This document shows, piece after piece, positions 1-9,556 of a DNA stretch of 64,000 bases. The DNA comes from a virus. The position numbers and the translations under genes were made by a program. The stretch lies in IMG/VR virus record IMGVR_UViG_3300013006_001433, positions 14,159 to 78,158 of that record. One strand, 5' to 3'. A model generated the notes under the pieces. It ran no database searches. It was not told the origin of the DNA and saw only the letters and a program-made list of their open reading frames with translations. How positions within the stretch are numbered: the first letter of the stretch is position 1; each line of letters starts with the position of its first letter.

Positions 1-1
1 A

Positions 2-190
2 GTAGTATTTAGTAACAAAAATAAATCAAAAGATACTGCTCCTGATTTTAGAGTATATCTTTCAAAAGAAAATGCTCCAGCTCAAGCTTCTGCTAAAGCT
101 ACTATTGAAACTCCAGCTAAAGCTGTAGTCGCTCCAGTAGCCAAAGTAAAAGTTAAGCAAGTAGAGGAAGTCGAAGAAGATCTACTATAA
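2..190 (+). CDS. 3' part of a small protein, DUF736-like / possible ssDNA-binding protein (5'-truncated by window)
   Basis: Frame from position 2 reads VVFSNKNKSKDTAPDFRVYLSKE...EEVEEDLL*: PDFRV motif, Ala/Pro linker, acidic tail. Stop overlaps the next ATG (TAATG). Confidence 0.5.
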   Translation, partial: VVFSNKNKSKDTAPDFRVYLSKENAPAQASAKATIETPAKAVVAPVAKVKVKQVEEVEEDLL

Positions 191-1275
191 TGGATCTAGC
201 TTGTAATTTACCTTTAAACAATTTAAGTTTCGGGCAAACATCATTTGCTCTTATAAAAAACTTATATGAAAAGGAATTTAAAGCTAAAATATTTCCAATT
301 GGAGGAAATGTAGATCTATCCTCTCAAAAGTTAGATCAAAATCTTGGCGCATGGATAAAAAATTCTATTGATAGAGCTAATTTGAGTTTCTCAAGAAAAG
401 AGAAGATATTCAAACTTTGGCATATCAATGGATCACTCGAAAGTTTTGCAGAACGTCAAGTTCTGTTTTCTTTCTATGAATTAGATTCTCCTACTGCTGT
501 AGAGCTTAATATAGTAAAAAATAATCATAAGGTTATATTTTCTTCTAAATATACTTGTGATATATTCAAATCTCTTGGATGCGACAATATTGAGCATATT
601 CCATTATTTTTTGATAATAATAATTTTTCCGTAAAGGATAAGAGTTATAGTTCAGATGATAGAATAGTTTTTAATCTAGTGGGCAAATTAGAGAAAAGAA
701 AGAATCATAAAAAAGTAATACAATCTTGGCTTAAGAAGTATGGAAACGATAGAAAATATTTTTTACAATGTTCTATTTTTAATCCATTCTTAAAACAGGA
801 AGATCAAAACGCATTGATTAATTCTATGTTGGAAGGAAATAGATATTTTAATATTTCATTCTTAGGACATATGCAAGCCAATGAAACTTATAATGATTAT
901 TTAAATAGTGCAAATATTATTCTAGGAATGAGTGGTGGTGAAGGGTGGGGATTGCCAGAATTTCATTCTTTAGCTTTGGGTAAACATGCTGTAATATTAA
1001 ATGCTCATACTTATAAAGATTGGGCTAATGATAATAACTCAGTTATGGTAGATCCATCTGAAAAAATAGAAGTATATGATAATATGTTTTTTACAAAAGG
1101 CTCTCCTTTTAATCAAGGTAATATCTTTTCGTTTAAAGAAGAAGCTTTTATTGCTGGTTGTGAACAAGCAATTAAGAGATACGAGTCTAATAAAATTAAT
1201 ACTGCTGGTCTAGAACTTCAAAAGAAATATACTATAGACAATACAGTCTCTCAAATATTAAAATTAATGGAATAA
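190..1275 (+). CDS. GT-B (GT4-like) glycosyltransferase
   Basis: VGKLEKRKN and SGGEGWGLPEFHSLALG match the GT4 E-G-W/F-G-L-P-x-x-E region (second Glu replaced). Confidence 0.75.
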   Translation: MDLACNLPLNNLSFGQTSFALIKNLYEKEFKAKIFPIGGNVDLSSQKLDQNLGAWIKNSIDRANLSFSRKEKIFKLWHINGSLESFAERQVLFSFYELDSPTAVELNIVKNNHKVIFSSKYTCDIFKSLGCDNIEHIPLFFDNNNFSVKDKSYSSDDRIVFNLVGKLEKRKNHKKVIQSWLKKYGNDRKYFLQCSIFNPFLKQEDQNALINSMLEGNRYFNISFLGHMQANETYNDYLNSANIILGMSGGEGWGLPEFHSLALGKHAVILNAHTYKDWANDNNSVMVDPSEKIEVYDNMFFTKGSPFNQGNIFSFKEEAFIAGCEQAIKRYESNKINTAGLELQKKYTIDNTVSQILKLME

Positions 1276-1276
1276 T

Positions 1277-1627
1277 ATGCCAGAATATTTATATCAGCAT
1301 CCTACTGATGGAAGAACGATTTGCTTAATTCAAGGAATCAATGACAAACATGAATATACTGATGTAAAAGGCGTTAAATGGAATAGGCTATTTACTAGTC
1401 CACAGATAAATTCTCAAGAAAAATTATCAGTAAATTCGAGTGATAAAGATTTCGCTAGGGTAACTTCTTCTCAGCGAGGGAATGTTGGTGATCTTTTCGA
1501 CAGAAGCAAAGAGCTTTCTGAAAAGAGACAGCAGCTCTATGGTAAAGATCCAGTTAAGAATAAATACTTTAAAGACTGGAGTAAAAAACGCAATGGAAAG
1601 AAACACCCTAAATCACATTCAGATTGA
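1277..1627 (+). CDS. hypothetical phage protein
   Basis: 116-aa ORF tightly coupled to the upstream gene. MPEYLY start resembles the FmdB-type MPxYxY but the Cys pairs are absent. Basic C-terminus. Confidence 0.6.
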   Translation: MPEYLYQHPTDGRTICLIQGINDKHEYTDVKGVKWNRLFTSPQINSQEKLSVNSSDKDFARVTSSQRGNVGDLFDRSKELSEKRQQLYGKDPVKNKYFKDWSKKRNGKKHPKSHSD

Positions 1628-1628
1628 T

Positions 1629-1958
1629 TTATTTTTTATTTAAATGGTTTTGTATTATATCGAAATTACGATCTAATTTCGCTTCTATTCTATCAAAATA
1701 AACTTCAAAAGATTCTTTAGTAACATAAGTAGTACTTATCTTTAAAGCTAAATCGGCTATTTCTTGTTGGTGCTTTCTTCCTTCTAATTCCATTTCTTTT
1801 CTTAAAGTAATAAAATCGCTAAAGGTTTTATCATTAATTTCCTTCATAAGATTCTCTTGTTTATCAAAAAGAGAGAACACTCTAGTAAACAACCATCCTC
1901 CGAGAAAGGATAAAGCTCCTAAAATGACATTAAATAGTATTGTAATATCTAAATTCAC
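1629..1958 (-). CDS. membrane-anchored coiled-coil protein (possible holin/lysis accessory)
   Basis: One N-terminal hydrophobic helix (ILFNVILGALSFLGGWLF) then a coiled coil. GTG start just downstream of a GTGTAAT motif. Confidence 0.5.
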   Translation of the reverse strand: MNLDITILFNVILGALSFLGGWLFTRVFSLFDKQENLMKEINDKTFSDFITLRKEMELEGRKHQQEIADLALKISTTYVTKESFEVYFDRIEAKLDRNFDIIQNHLNKK

Positions 1959-1987
1959 ATAGATAATTACACATTAATATATAATTA

Positions 1988-3052
1988 TTAGAGTTTTAAA
2001 TCGCCAAAATCTTCGTCTTCTATATCTGTTTTTCTTGCACCAACTTTATAGCTAGAAATCTCAGTTTCTTGAGGGGCAACTTGTACTTTGCTGCTATCTA
2101 GATAACTATCATGCCATCCGCCAATAGGGTTATCTTTTTGATTAAATATCTTCTTATAACCCAAACTTCTTAGTCTACTATCACAAAGCCATTTAGAGTA
2201 ACCATCTAAAACATCAGCATTTAATCCAAGTAAACTACCATTACTAAAGAGATACTGAGACCATTCACTTTCATTCTTTGCGGCTTGCTCATAAAAAGCA
2301 TAGATTTTATCTTCACTTTTCTTGACTATACTTGTAAAACCTTCCTTGTCTTCATCTCTTAATATTTTGAGTAAATTTTGGCTTACTGCAAAATGAAGAG
2401 CTTCATCACGTTGAATGAATTTTATAATTTTAGAATTGCCTTCCATCTTACCGCGATATCCAAAATAGAAAGAACAAGCAAAAGAAACGTAAAATACAAG
2501 ACCTTCCATTACGTTGATAGAAAGAATAGCATCAAAAATCTTTTGTTTAGGATCTTTCTTATCGTCATCTCCAAGAATTTTATCAAAGTTATTTCTAATT
2601 AACTCTGCGCGGCTTGTAATTTCTTTATCTTCCATAATGCTATCAAAAAATTTAGTAGCATCTGGATATACATTATTCAAAAGATAAGAATAAGAATAAC
2701 TATGAATACCTTCAAATTGAGCCCATGTATTCATGCAAATCTCAAGTTCTGGATTACTTACGTAGTCTTTAAGAGAATGAATACTTCTGGAAAGCATACT
2801 ATCGCCAAGAGTTTGAAATCTTAAATTACTGTCAAAAACAAATCTCTCTGTGTCTGTTAGATTATTATAATCACCACGATCTTTTCCTAAAGCTATTTCA
2901 TGAGGCCACCAAAAATTTTCATTTTGTTTTTTAAACAATTCAAAAAATATTGGATATTTAAAACGATCATATCTTTGAAGATTTAAATCTTCACCAAGAA
3001 ACAATGGTTGTTTTGTAGTATCTATATTCTTAAAATTTAATACTGTTTTCAT
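1988..3052 (-). CDS. nrdB: ribonucleotide reductase class Ia beta subunit
   Basis: FWWPHEI, D and EGIHSYSY (radical Tyr), EGLVFYVSF and RDEALH di-iron ligands, C-terminal VAPQETEISSY. Likely start MKTVLNF at 3052. Confidence 0.95.
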   Translation of the reverse strand: MKTVLNFKNIDTTKQPLFLGEDLNLQRYDRFKYPIFFELFKKQNENFWWPHEIALGKDRGDYNNLTDTERFVFDSNLRFQTLGDSMLSRSIHSLKDYVSNPELEICMNTWAQFEGIHSYSYSYLLNNVYPDATKFFDSIMEDKEITSRAELIRNNFDKILGDDDKKDPKQKIFDAILSINVMEGLVFYVSFACSFYFGYRGKMEGNSKIIKFIQRDEALHFAVSQNLLKILRDEDKEGFTSIVKKSEDKIYAFYEQAAKNESEWSQYLFSNGSLLGLNADVLDGYSKWLCDSRLRSLGYKKIFNQKDNPIGGWHDSYLDSSKVQVAPQETEISSYKVGARKTDIEDEDFGDLKL

Positions 3053-3056
3053 ATGC

Positions 3057-5318
3057 TTATAGCTTACACGCACCGCTAGAACAATCTCCATCTTCTTTTT
3101 GATCTAGGGATTGCTCTCTATCTCCATCGTCTGTATTATTATAATAAAGGCTAATTAATCCAAGACTATATGCGTACATGATTTCTTTCATTACTTTAGC
3201 ATCTGGTAATATATTGTTTTCATAATGACTATAGTTGTAGTATACATTAGTTGATATAGCCATGTCAATATATTTTTGAATAACTGCATTAATTTTTAAT
3301 ATACCAGTATTATCTTTAAGATCATAAGCTAATTCGTAATTATCATGATACTTACCAATCCCTGGAACCATAACTGGAAGTTTACCCATTTTGCTGGTTT
3401 TATAAGTGATAAGACTACGAATTGGTTCTACTCCATTTGTAGAGGATTGAATAACAGAACTACTTTCACAAGGCATGCATGAGGATAATGTTGAGTGTCT
3501 TAAACCATGTTCTTTAATTTGTTTTCTCAACTTTTCCCAATCAAGAGATAGTTTTCTTTTACATATTTCATCTACTTTATCTTTATAAGTATCAATTGGT
3601 AATACACCTTTAGAATATTTTGTATGATTGAATTTTTCACATTTACCTTTTTCTTTAGCTAATTCTAGACTACTCTCTAAAAGATAGTATTGAAAATGCT
3701 CCATCCATTCATCAATAACTGATAACGATTTATCTGAGCTATATTTTAATTCATTTTTAGCGAGGAAAGCTGCTAGATTAGTGATTCCAATTCCAAGGCT
3801 TCTTCGTTTTTTAGCAAAATTTTCAGCAGCAACATTAAAGTAATCTTGAAGTTCAATGATTTCATCAAGAAATCTTACGATAAGATCGCAAGTCTTTTCA
3901 AGATCTTGCCAGTTTTTTATTTCTAGCATATTTACTGCCGAAAGAATACACATTCCAATTTCCCCATTCTTGTCATTGTAATCGTTTAATGGAATAGTTG
4001 GATGGATAACTTCTGTGCAAAGATTACTCATTGTAACTTTATCAGACCAAGCTCCATGCTCGTTAGCATGATCTACATTAAGAATATAAATGCGACCAGT
4101 TTCAACTCTTTCTTTAATTATCAAAGAGAATAATTTTCTAGCAGATACTTTCTTTTTTAGTTTTAATTTTTTAGATTCGCATTCTTTATATACTTTATCA
4201 AAGTCTCTAGTCCCCCAAGCTTCATAAAGTTCTGGAACTTCTGAATTATTGAATAATGTGACATCTTCATCTTTCAAAACTCTATCATAGAATAATTTAC
4301 TCATACCAACTGTATAATCAAGCTTACGAACTCGATTGTCATCTGTTCCAGCGTTATTCTTTAATACAACAATATCTTCAATTTCGTAATGCCACCATTG
4401 AATATTGCAAGTTGCACTGCCACCTCTTAAGCCATTTTGTTGCCAAGCTTTTACGCTACTCTCATATATTTTTAAAAATGGAATTAAACCAGTGTGTACA
4501 ACTTCTCCGTTCTTAATGGGAGAACCAATCGCTCTAATTTTACTTATATCAATACCAATTCCACATCTATTTGCTGTGGCCATACTTACAGCAGTTGCAC
4601 TAGCTGTAATACTTTCTCTTGTATCGTCTACTCCAATCAAACAGCAACTAGCATAATTTCTGCTAGAAGTTCTAACTCCAGCCATTACTGGCGTTGGAAG
4701 ATTGATTTTGTGTTTACTTATAGCATCATAAAATTTTCTTACATAATTTAATCTTGAATCTGCTGGATATTTTGCAAAAGCATAAGACGCAATTAGTATA
4801 TATGCAAATTGTGGAGTTTCATAAATTTGACCAGTGGTTCTATTTTTAATTAAATATTTATCACAAAGCTGTTTAATTCCAGCATAAGTGAAAGTAAAAT
4901 CTCTTTCATGATCAATAAATTCTCCAATTTTATTAATCTCATCCTCAGAGTAATTCTCTAGAATAGAACCATCATATACTTTATTCTTTATTCCTTGATT
5001 TAAGAACTCTGATAGTCTCGGAGCATGCTTGCCCTTCCAAACATCTTTTCTTAATTGATAATTCAAAAGTCTCGCTGCGACAAATTGATAATTTGGTTTT
5101 TCAGTTGAAATCAAATTAGCAGCACTTTCAATCAATAGGTTGTGTATTTCTTTACTTGTTATACCATCATGTATGTTTATTTTCGCATTGATTTCTATAT
5201 CTGTTAAACTTACCCCAGTATAACCATCAATTGCCCAGTTGATTACTTTATTAATTTTTTCTACATCAAATTTTTCTGTTGCACCATTTCTTTTCTTTAT
5301 AATAACATTCTTGCTCAT
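3057..5318 (-). CDS. nrdA: ribonucleotide reductase class Ia alpha subunit with ATP-cone
   Basis: IKKRNG ATP-cone, PTPVMAG, ASCCLI, SNLCTE catalytic loop, LYYNN, C-terminal CSSGACKL. Confidence 0.97.
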   Translation of the reverse strand: MSKNVIIKKRNGATEKFDVEKINKVINWAIDGYTGVSLTDIEINAKINIHDGITSKEIHNLLIESAANLISTEKPNYQFVAARLLNYQLRKDVWKGKHAPRLSEFLNQGIKNKVYDGSILENYSEDEINKIGEFIDHERDFTFTYAGIKQLCDKYLIKNRTTGQIYETPQFAYILIASYAFAKYPADSRLNYVRKFYDAISKHKINLPTPVMAGVRTSSRNYASCCLIGVDDTRESITASATAVSMATANRCGIGIDISKIRAIGSPIKNGEVVHTGLIPFLKIYESSVKAWQQNGLRGGSATCNIQWWHYEIEDIVVLKNNAGTDDNRVRKLDYTVGMSKLFYDRVLKDEDVTLFNNSEVPELYEAWGTRDFDKVYKECESKKLKLKKKVSARKLFSLIIKERVETGRIYILNVDHANEHGAWSDKVTMSNLCTEVIHPTIPLNDYNDKNGEIGMCILSAVNMLEIKNWQDLEKTCDLIVRFLDEIIELQDYFNVAAENFAKKRRSLGIGITNLAAFLAKNELKYSSDKSLSVIDEWMEHFQYYLLESSLELAKEKGKCEKFNHTKYSKGVLPIDTYKDKVDEICKRKLSLDWEKLRKQIKEHGLRHSTLSSCMPCESSSVIQSSTNGVEPIRSLITYKTSKMGKLPVMVPGIGKYHDNYELAYDLKDNTGILKINAVIQKYIDMAISTNVYYNYSHYENNILPDAKVMKEIMYAYSLGLISLYYNNTDDGDREQSLDQKEDGDCSSGACKL

Positions 5319-5454
5319 ATTTTCTTTCTAAGGTAAAGAATAGTTTACAGTGTTTTTAATTTTTATAAAAGAAAAATAACTAAACTAGTGTTAATAACTT
5401 TATATCGTACTAAACAAGTGTACTGATCTAATATCTTTTCTTAATAAATATTTC

Positions 5455-5737
5455 CCAATGAGCTCCTTCAAAGCAGAGCTTTCCCTGTGTTTTACCACAA
5501 GTTCGCTTGAGCCGTTAGTTCAATTTCCCAATTGAGTCCATAAGCCTTTCGGCTCCCTAACACTTATCGGATGTCGGTAGGATCATCCATCGCGTGTTAG
5601 CCCTTTCACCTACACTCCCAGAATTTCTTCTGGTTTCTCAGGTCGCAAGCTCTGTTAGCGTTGCCTGACGTTAAGAACTAATCTAACTCACCATTTTAAG
5701 GAGTATGGCAAACCTTTTCGCCTTTCAGCGAGATGTC
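5455..5737 (-). ncRNA. candidate large structured non-coding RNA (unassigned family), or structured nrdA leader
   Basis: GC-richer intergenic island downstream of a consensus sigma70 promoter. Three GAAA-tetraloop hairpins, nested long-range helices (5708-5715/5499-5506; 5685-5690/5508-5513; 5675-5681/5515-5521) and a possible pseudoknot. Confidence 0.7.
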
Positions 5738-5742
5738 GTAGT

Positions 5743-5771
5743 ATAATACATGAATCAATATATTTTGTCAA
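5743..5771 (-). promoter_or_regulatory. sigma70-type promoter for the structured RNA / nrdAB
   Basis: Minus strand TTGACA (5771-5766), 17 nt, TATTAT (5748-5743). Predicted TSS ~5736. Confidence 0.8.
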
Positions 5772-5787
5772 ATAAAAAAGTAAATAG

Positions 5788-5794
5788 GTGTAAT
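5788..5794 (+). promoter_or_regulatory. GTGTAAT putative phage late-promoter motif
   Basis: GTGTAAT 7 nt before the ATG at 5802. The same motif recurs before many structural genes. Confidence 0.6.
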
Positions 5795-5801
5795 AATATA
5801 C

Positions 5802-6065
5802 ATGCCGATACCAAATCCAAAAGACAAAGAAAAGCAAAACGATTATATGGGTCGCTGTATGGAGTTTATGAAAGATGAAAAATATCCTCAAAAACAAAAA
5901 GTTGCTATTTGTTTGAATACTTTTCGTGGTCCACAAAAGAAAGCTAAGGGCGAAATTGAAATTGATTTCTCTGAACAAATCAAAAATCTGCATAAAAAAG
6001 AAGTAAAAATAGAAGAACCAACTCATACAGCTGTAACTGCACCAGTAGAACAAACTAAAGCCTAA
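5802..6065 (+). CDS. small phage protein with MPIP-P...RCM...AIC motif
   Basis: MPIPNPKDKEKQNDYMGRCM...QKVAICLNTF resembles a short two-Cys helical motif common in phage head-region proteins. Preceded by the GTGTAAT motif. Confidence 0.65.
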   Translation: MPIPNPKDKEKQNDYMGRCMEFMKDEKYPQKQKVAICLNTFRGPQKKAKGEIEIDFSEQIKNLHKKEVKIEEPTHTAVTAPVEQTKA

Positions 6066-6126
6066 AATTCAGATTTATTAAATATCAAATATAAAGTATT
6101 GACTGATATTAATTTAATCAAATTAA

Positions 6127-6155
6127 TTGACATTTTTATAATAATAGCTTACCAT
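6127..6155 (+). promoter_or_regulatory. sigma70-type promoter of the sugar operon (predicted leaderless)
   Basis: TTGACA-17nt-TACCAT, then 5 nt, then ATG 6161. Confidence 0.7.
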
Positions 6156-6160
6156 TATCT

Positions 6161-7024
6161 ATGGTAACAAATAAAAAGATATTATGGATATCTGATTATA
6201 GCTTATCCCATTCTGCTGGAGGAGCCCAAAGAAGTAATGATATAATTATCCAAAAAGGCAGAGAATTAGGATATTCTATATTAGAAGCAAATTATAATTT
6301 TAATTTCAATATTGAAGATTTTAATCAATATGATATATTAATTTCATCCAATTTAGAAGCAATATACAAATTGCATTCTAATATCATAGATAAAATAGCT
6401 TCTCACAAGTATCATGTTAGACTTGAGCACGATTCAAATAGATACTTGAAACAAGAAGATAGAGAAAAACTTTTTAGATCTTGTAAAAAGACAGTATTTT
6501 TAACTAATTTTCATCATAAGTTATTTATTAATAATTATGGAAATATTTTTAATGATGTAAAAATCGTAGCGGATCCTATAGATACAGATTTATTCTACAA
6601 TCAAAACCAAGAAAGAGAAGACAAGATTTTATACGTTGGATTTATGCATGAGCTAAAAGGCACATTATCGTTTTTTGAATTTGCTATGGACAACCCTCAA
6701 TTACAATTTGTAGTTGCTGGATGGGGAACAAGAGTTTTTAATTTTTTGGCGACCAATACTCCTAATGTACAATATCTAGGAACAGTCTCCCACGAAGAAA
6801 TGCCTAAGCTTTTTAATAAATATGAAACACTTTTTTATAATCCAATTATACCAGAACCATTCTGTAGATCAGTTGCGGAAGGTGCATTGTGTGGAATAAA
6901 ATTAATGTCATCTAGTTCAAATATTATAGGATGTATGCACGAATTTCGAGAGTTAGGTAAAGAAAAATTTATTGAAAATTGCAAAAATGCTTCTAACTAT
7001 TTTTGGGAATCAATTATACAGTAA
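6161..7024 (+). CDS. GT4-like glycosyltransferase
   Basis: GGAQRS N-terminus, YVGFMHELKG, EPFCRSVAE signature. Confidence 0.8.
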   Translation: MVTNKKILWISDYSLSHSAGGAQRSNDIIIQKGRELGYSILEANYNFNFNIEDFNQYDILISSNLEAIYKLHSNIIDKIASHKYHVRLEHDSNRYLKQEDREKLFRSCKKTVFLTNFHHKLFINNYGNIFNDVKIVADPIDTDLFYNQNQEREDKILYVGFMHELKGTLSFFEFAMDNPQLQFVVAGWGTRVFNFLATNTPNVQYLGTVSHEEMPKLFNKYETLFYNPIIPEPFCRSVAEGALCGIKLMSSSSNIIGCMHEFRELGKEKFIENCKNASNYFWESIIQ

Positions 7025-7938
7025 TGACTATTATATTAGTCATAAATAAAACTCTGTCTAGGGGAACAAATTCACATCTAGATTCTGGATATTATAATTT
7101 TTATATACCATTACTAGAATTAGGACACAAAGTATTTTTATACGACACGATAAAAGGAAATGGAAAACCATTTCAAAATTTAGTAAAAGAAGTTAATCCA
7201 GATCTTATTATTTCTATATTGACTGGAAATAAAAACTTAACGCCATACGAGCCAATAGAAGAAATAGAATCTATAACGAAAGAAAACAAAATAAAGACAT
7301 TTAATTGGTTTTGCGATGATACATGGAGATTTGATACTTTTAATAAAAATATTTGTAAAAAATTTACAGTATGTTCAACACCAGAAGCGAATTATATAAG
7401 TAAATACAAACAAGAAGGATATAATAATATATTATTAGGTCTATGGCATTGTAATCAAGACTTAAGAGTAGATTCAGATAAAGTATTAAATGTCACTTTT
7501 TGCGGCGGGCTGACAAATTCCAGAGCACAAAACTTTAATTATCTATCGCAAAATAATGTAGATTTAAAATATTTTCATGGATTATCTTATGAAGACGTCT
7601 TAAAAGCTTACTCTATATCTAAAATTGGATTAAATTTAACGGTAAATGATAATGATGTAGATAAAAAACCTCAAATGAAATTAAGAATATTTGAAATTCC
7701 AGCTTCTAAAACATTTCTGTTAACCGAGTATATAGACGATCTTGAAAATTACTTTGATATTGGGAAAGAAATCGAAACTTTTAAAACTATAGAAGAAGCA
7801 AAAGAAAAAATTAATTTCTATTTAAAAAACGATTCAGCTAGAGAAAATATTGCTAATGCTGGTTATCAAAGATTTTTAAGAGATCATACTTCTAAAATTA
7901 GATTAAATAATATAATAAATCAGATAGAAACCTTATGA
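7024..7938 (+). CDS. GT-B glycosyltransferase (CgeB/Glyco_trans_1_2-like)
   Basis: WFCDDTWR, SKIGLN, KLRIFEIPA...FLLTE, IANAGYQRFLRDHT. Start at 7024 (TAATG coupling). Confidence 0.8.
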   Translation: MTIILVINKTLSRGTNSHLDSGYYNFYIPLLELGHKVFLYDTIKGNGKPFQNLVKEVNPDLIISILTGNKNLTPYEPIEEIESITKENKIKTFNWFCDDTWRFDTFNKNICKKFTVCSTPEANYISKYKQEGYNNILLGLWHCNQDLRVDSDKVLNVTFCGGLTNSRAQNFNYLSQNNVDLKYFHGLSYEDVLKAYSISKIGLNLTVNDNDVDKKPQMKLRIFEIPASKTFLLTEYIDDLENYFDIGKEIETFKTIEEAKEKINFYLKNDSARENIANAGYQRFLRDHTSKIRLNNIINQIETL

Positions 7939-8834
7939 GAATTTATATACAGTTTCATCCCGCCCATGCAGGAAAATGGATTTATAATGGATACGCACAC
8001 GCATGGTTGTATCATGGATTTGAAGTTAAATTTATTAAATCATTAAATGAAATAGATCAAAATGAACCCTATCATTTGATGATAACAGATGGTATAATTT
8101 CTGAAAATAATATTCAATTTCTAGAAAAAAGCATTAAAACTATTCTATATGTATCACCAAATTTCTATCCAAAACCATGGGGAGATCATCCAAATTGGAA
8201 ATGCCCACTTAATGAAAACCTTATAGATAAAATTAATCAACTACCAAATATAATTAAATGGAATTTTTCAGATGTAAAAAATCAATTTTTCTTTATTTGG
8301 AAAAATGTAATTACATTACCATTAGCATTTGATAATATAAATTATTCTAATTCAATAAAAGATAAATATGAATATGACGTTTGCTATATTGGTGGTTTAG
8401 CTGATAATGGATTTAATGAAAAAATAAAAATAATGCAAGATACATTGACTCCATTTTTAGACACAAAATTGAAATGCGCTTTTTTCGTTGCTCAGAACTT
8501 GTCTCACGAACAAGAAAATTATATATTAAATAACTCTAAAATAGCTTTAAATATACATGACGAATACCAAAGAGTAAATCAATTAGATTGTAATGAAAGA
8601 ACCTTTAAGGGGTTAGGAGCAAATGGTTTCTTAGTGAGTGATAAAATAGAACAATTAAATAGACTTTTTCCACATGTTTTTATGTCAAACAATCCGCAAG
8701 AATTAGTTAATTTTTGTTTAGACTTTGCATCGAAAGATGCGAATCATATAAATGAAGAAAAATTAAAAAATCAAAAAATGATTGAGTCTAGCCATACTTA
8801 TATTAAAAGAGTAGAGTATTTATTAAAAATATGA
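7935..8834 (+). CDS. GT-B glycosyltransferase (CgeB/Glyco_trans_1_2-like)
   Basis: DVCYIGG, SKIALNIH, NERTF...GFLVSD, HTYIKRV. Confidence 0.75.
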   Translation: MRIYIQFHPAHAGKWIYNGYAHAWLYHGFEVKFIKSLNEIDQNEPYHLMITDGIISENNIQFLEKSIKTILYVSPNFYPKPWGDHPNWKCPLNENLIDKINQLPNIIKWNFSDVKNQFFFIWKNVITLPLAFDNINYSNSIKDKYEYDVCYIGGLADNGFNEKIKIMQDTLTPFLDTKLKCAFFVAQNLSHEQENYILNNSKIALNIHDEYQRVNQLDCNERTFKGLGANGFLVSDKIEQLNRLFPHVFMSNNPQELVNFCLDFASKDANHINEEKLKNQKMIESSHTYIKRVEYLLKI

Positions 8835-9556
8835 AAATCAATATTTTTATACCTAACTATAACAAAGAAAATTTTGTTCTAAAATGCCTATCTTCGTGCT
8901 TAAATCAAACGCATAAAGATTTAAAAATTATTTTTATAGACAACGAAAGTAAAGATAATAGTTTAGATTTAGTTAAAAAATTTCGAGATGAAAATAAATA
9001 TGACTTCACGATAGATAGTGCTAAAAATATTTATCCAAGATGTTGGGAAGAATGTATATACAAAGCTTTAGAATATTTCGATGGAGATTTCTTTACAATT
9101 GTTGGTTCAGATGATTGGCTTGATCCAAATTATATTGAAAACTTTTGCAAATGGTTAGAATTTAAAAATAAAGAGATTTTAATAGCTCAATCGGCTTTAC
9201 TTTGGATGAAGGATGGAGCAAGAGTTAACTTAGTCAACCATCCCTATTCTAATATTGAAGAATTAAAATTGAAGTTAACATTAGGCTGTTACGTTAATAC
9301 TCCGACTGTTTTCTTTAATAAAGAACTTGTGAAAAATGGCCTTTACAGAACTTATCCAAAACTTTATAGTGGAGCAGCAGATTATGATTTATATTGTCAA
9401 CTAGTAGATAAAAATATATATATAGAAAATATTGGAGAATGGATCGGATATTGCTATAATATTAATGATACTCAAGCAACTTGGCAAATGCATGGGGATA
9501 CAATTAATTATTCAAATGTTATTCGTAAAAAATGGAGAGACAAATGGAAGATCTAA
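8831..9556 (+). CDS. GT2 family glycosyltransferase
   Basis: IFIPNYN, IDNESKDNS, GSDD, ADYDL motifs. Confidence 0.85.
   Translation: MKINIFIPNYNKENFVLKCLSSCLNQTHKDLKIIFIDNESKDNSLDLVKKFRDENKYDFTIDSAKNIYPRCWEECIYKALEYFDGDFFTIVGSDDWLDPNYIENFCKWLEFKNKEILIAQSALLWMKDGARVNLVNHPYSNIEELKLKLTLGCYVNTPTVFFNKELVKNGLYRTYPKLYSGAADYDLYCQLVDKNIYIENIGEWIGYCYNINDTQATWQMHGDTINYSNVIRKKWRDKWKI

Noticed and set aside
5605-5645. c-di-GMP-I riboswitch (AAACC-stem-GAAA-stem-GGGA resemblance)
   Set aside because: Only the P2-like hairpin resembles it. The GACGCAAAG junction, the P3 receptor and P1 are absent.
5340-5737. Cobalamin riboswitch, RNase P RNA or tmRNA upstream of nrdA
   Set aside because: AGGGAA and GGUGAAA fragments are in the wrong order with no B12 box. 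No GAGGAAAGUCC RNase P core. No tRNA-like ends.
5688-6053. 121-aa minus-strand ORF
   Set aside because: Antisense to the better-supported 5802-6065 gene, overlaps the promoter and structured RNA, and has shadow-ORF composition.
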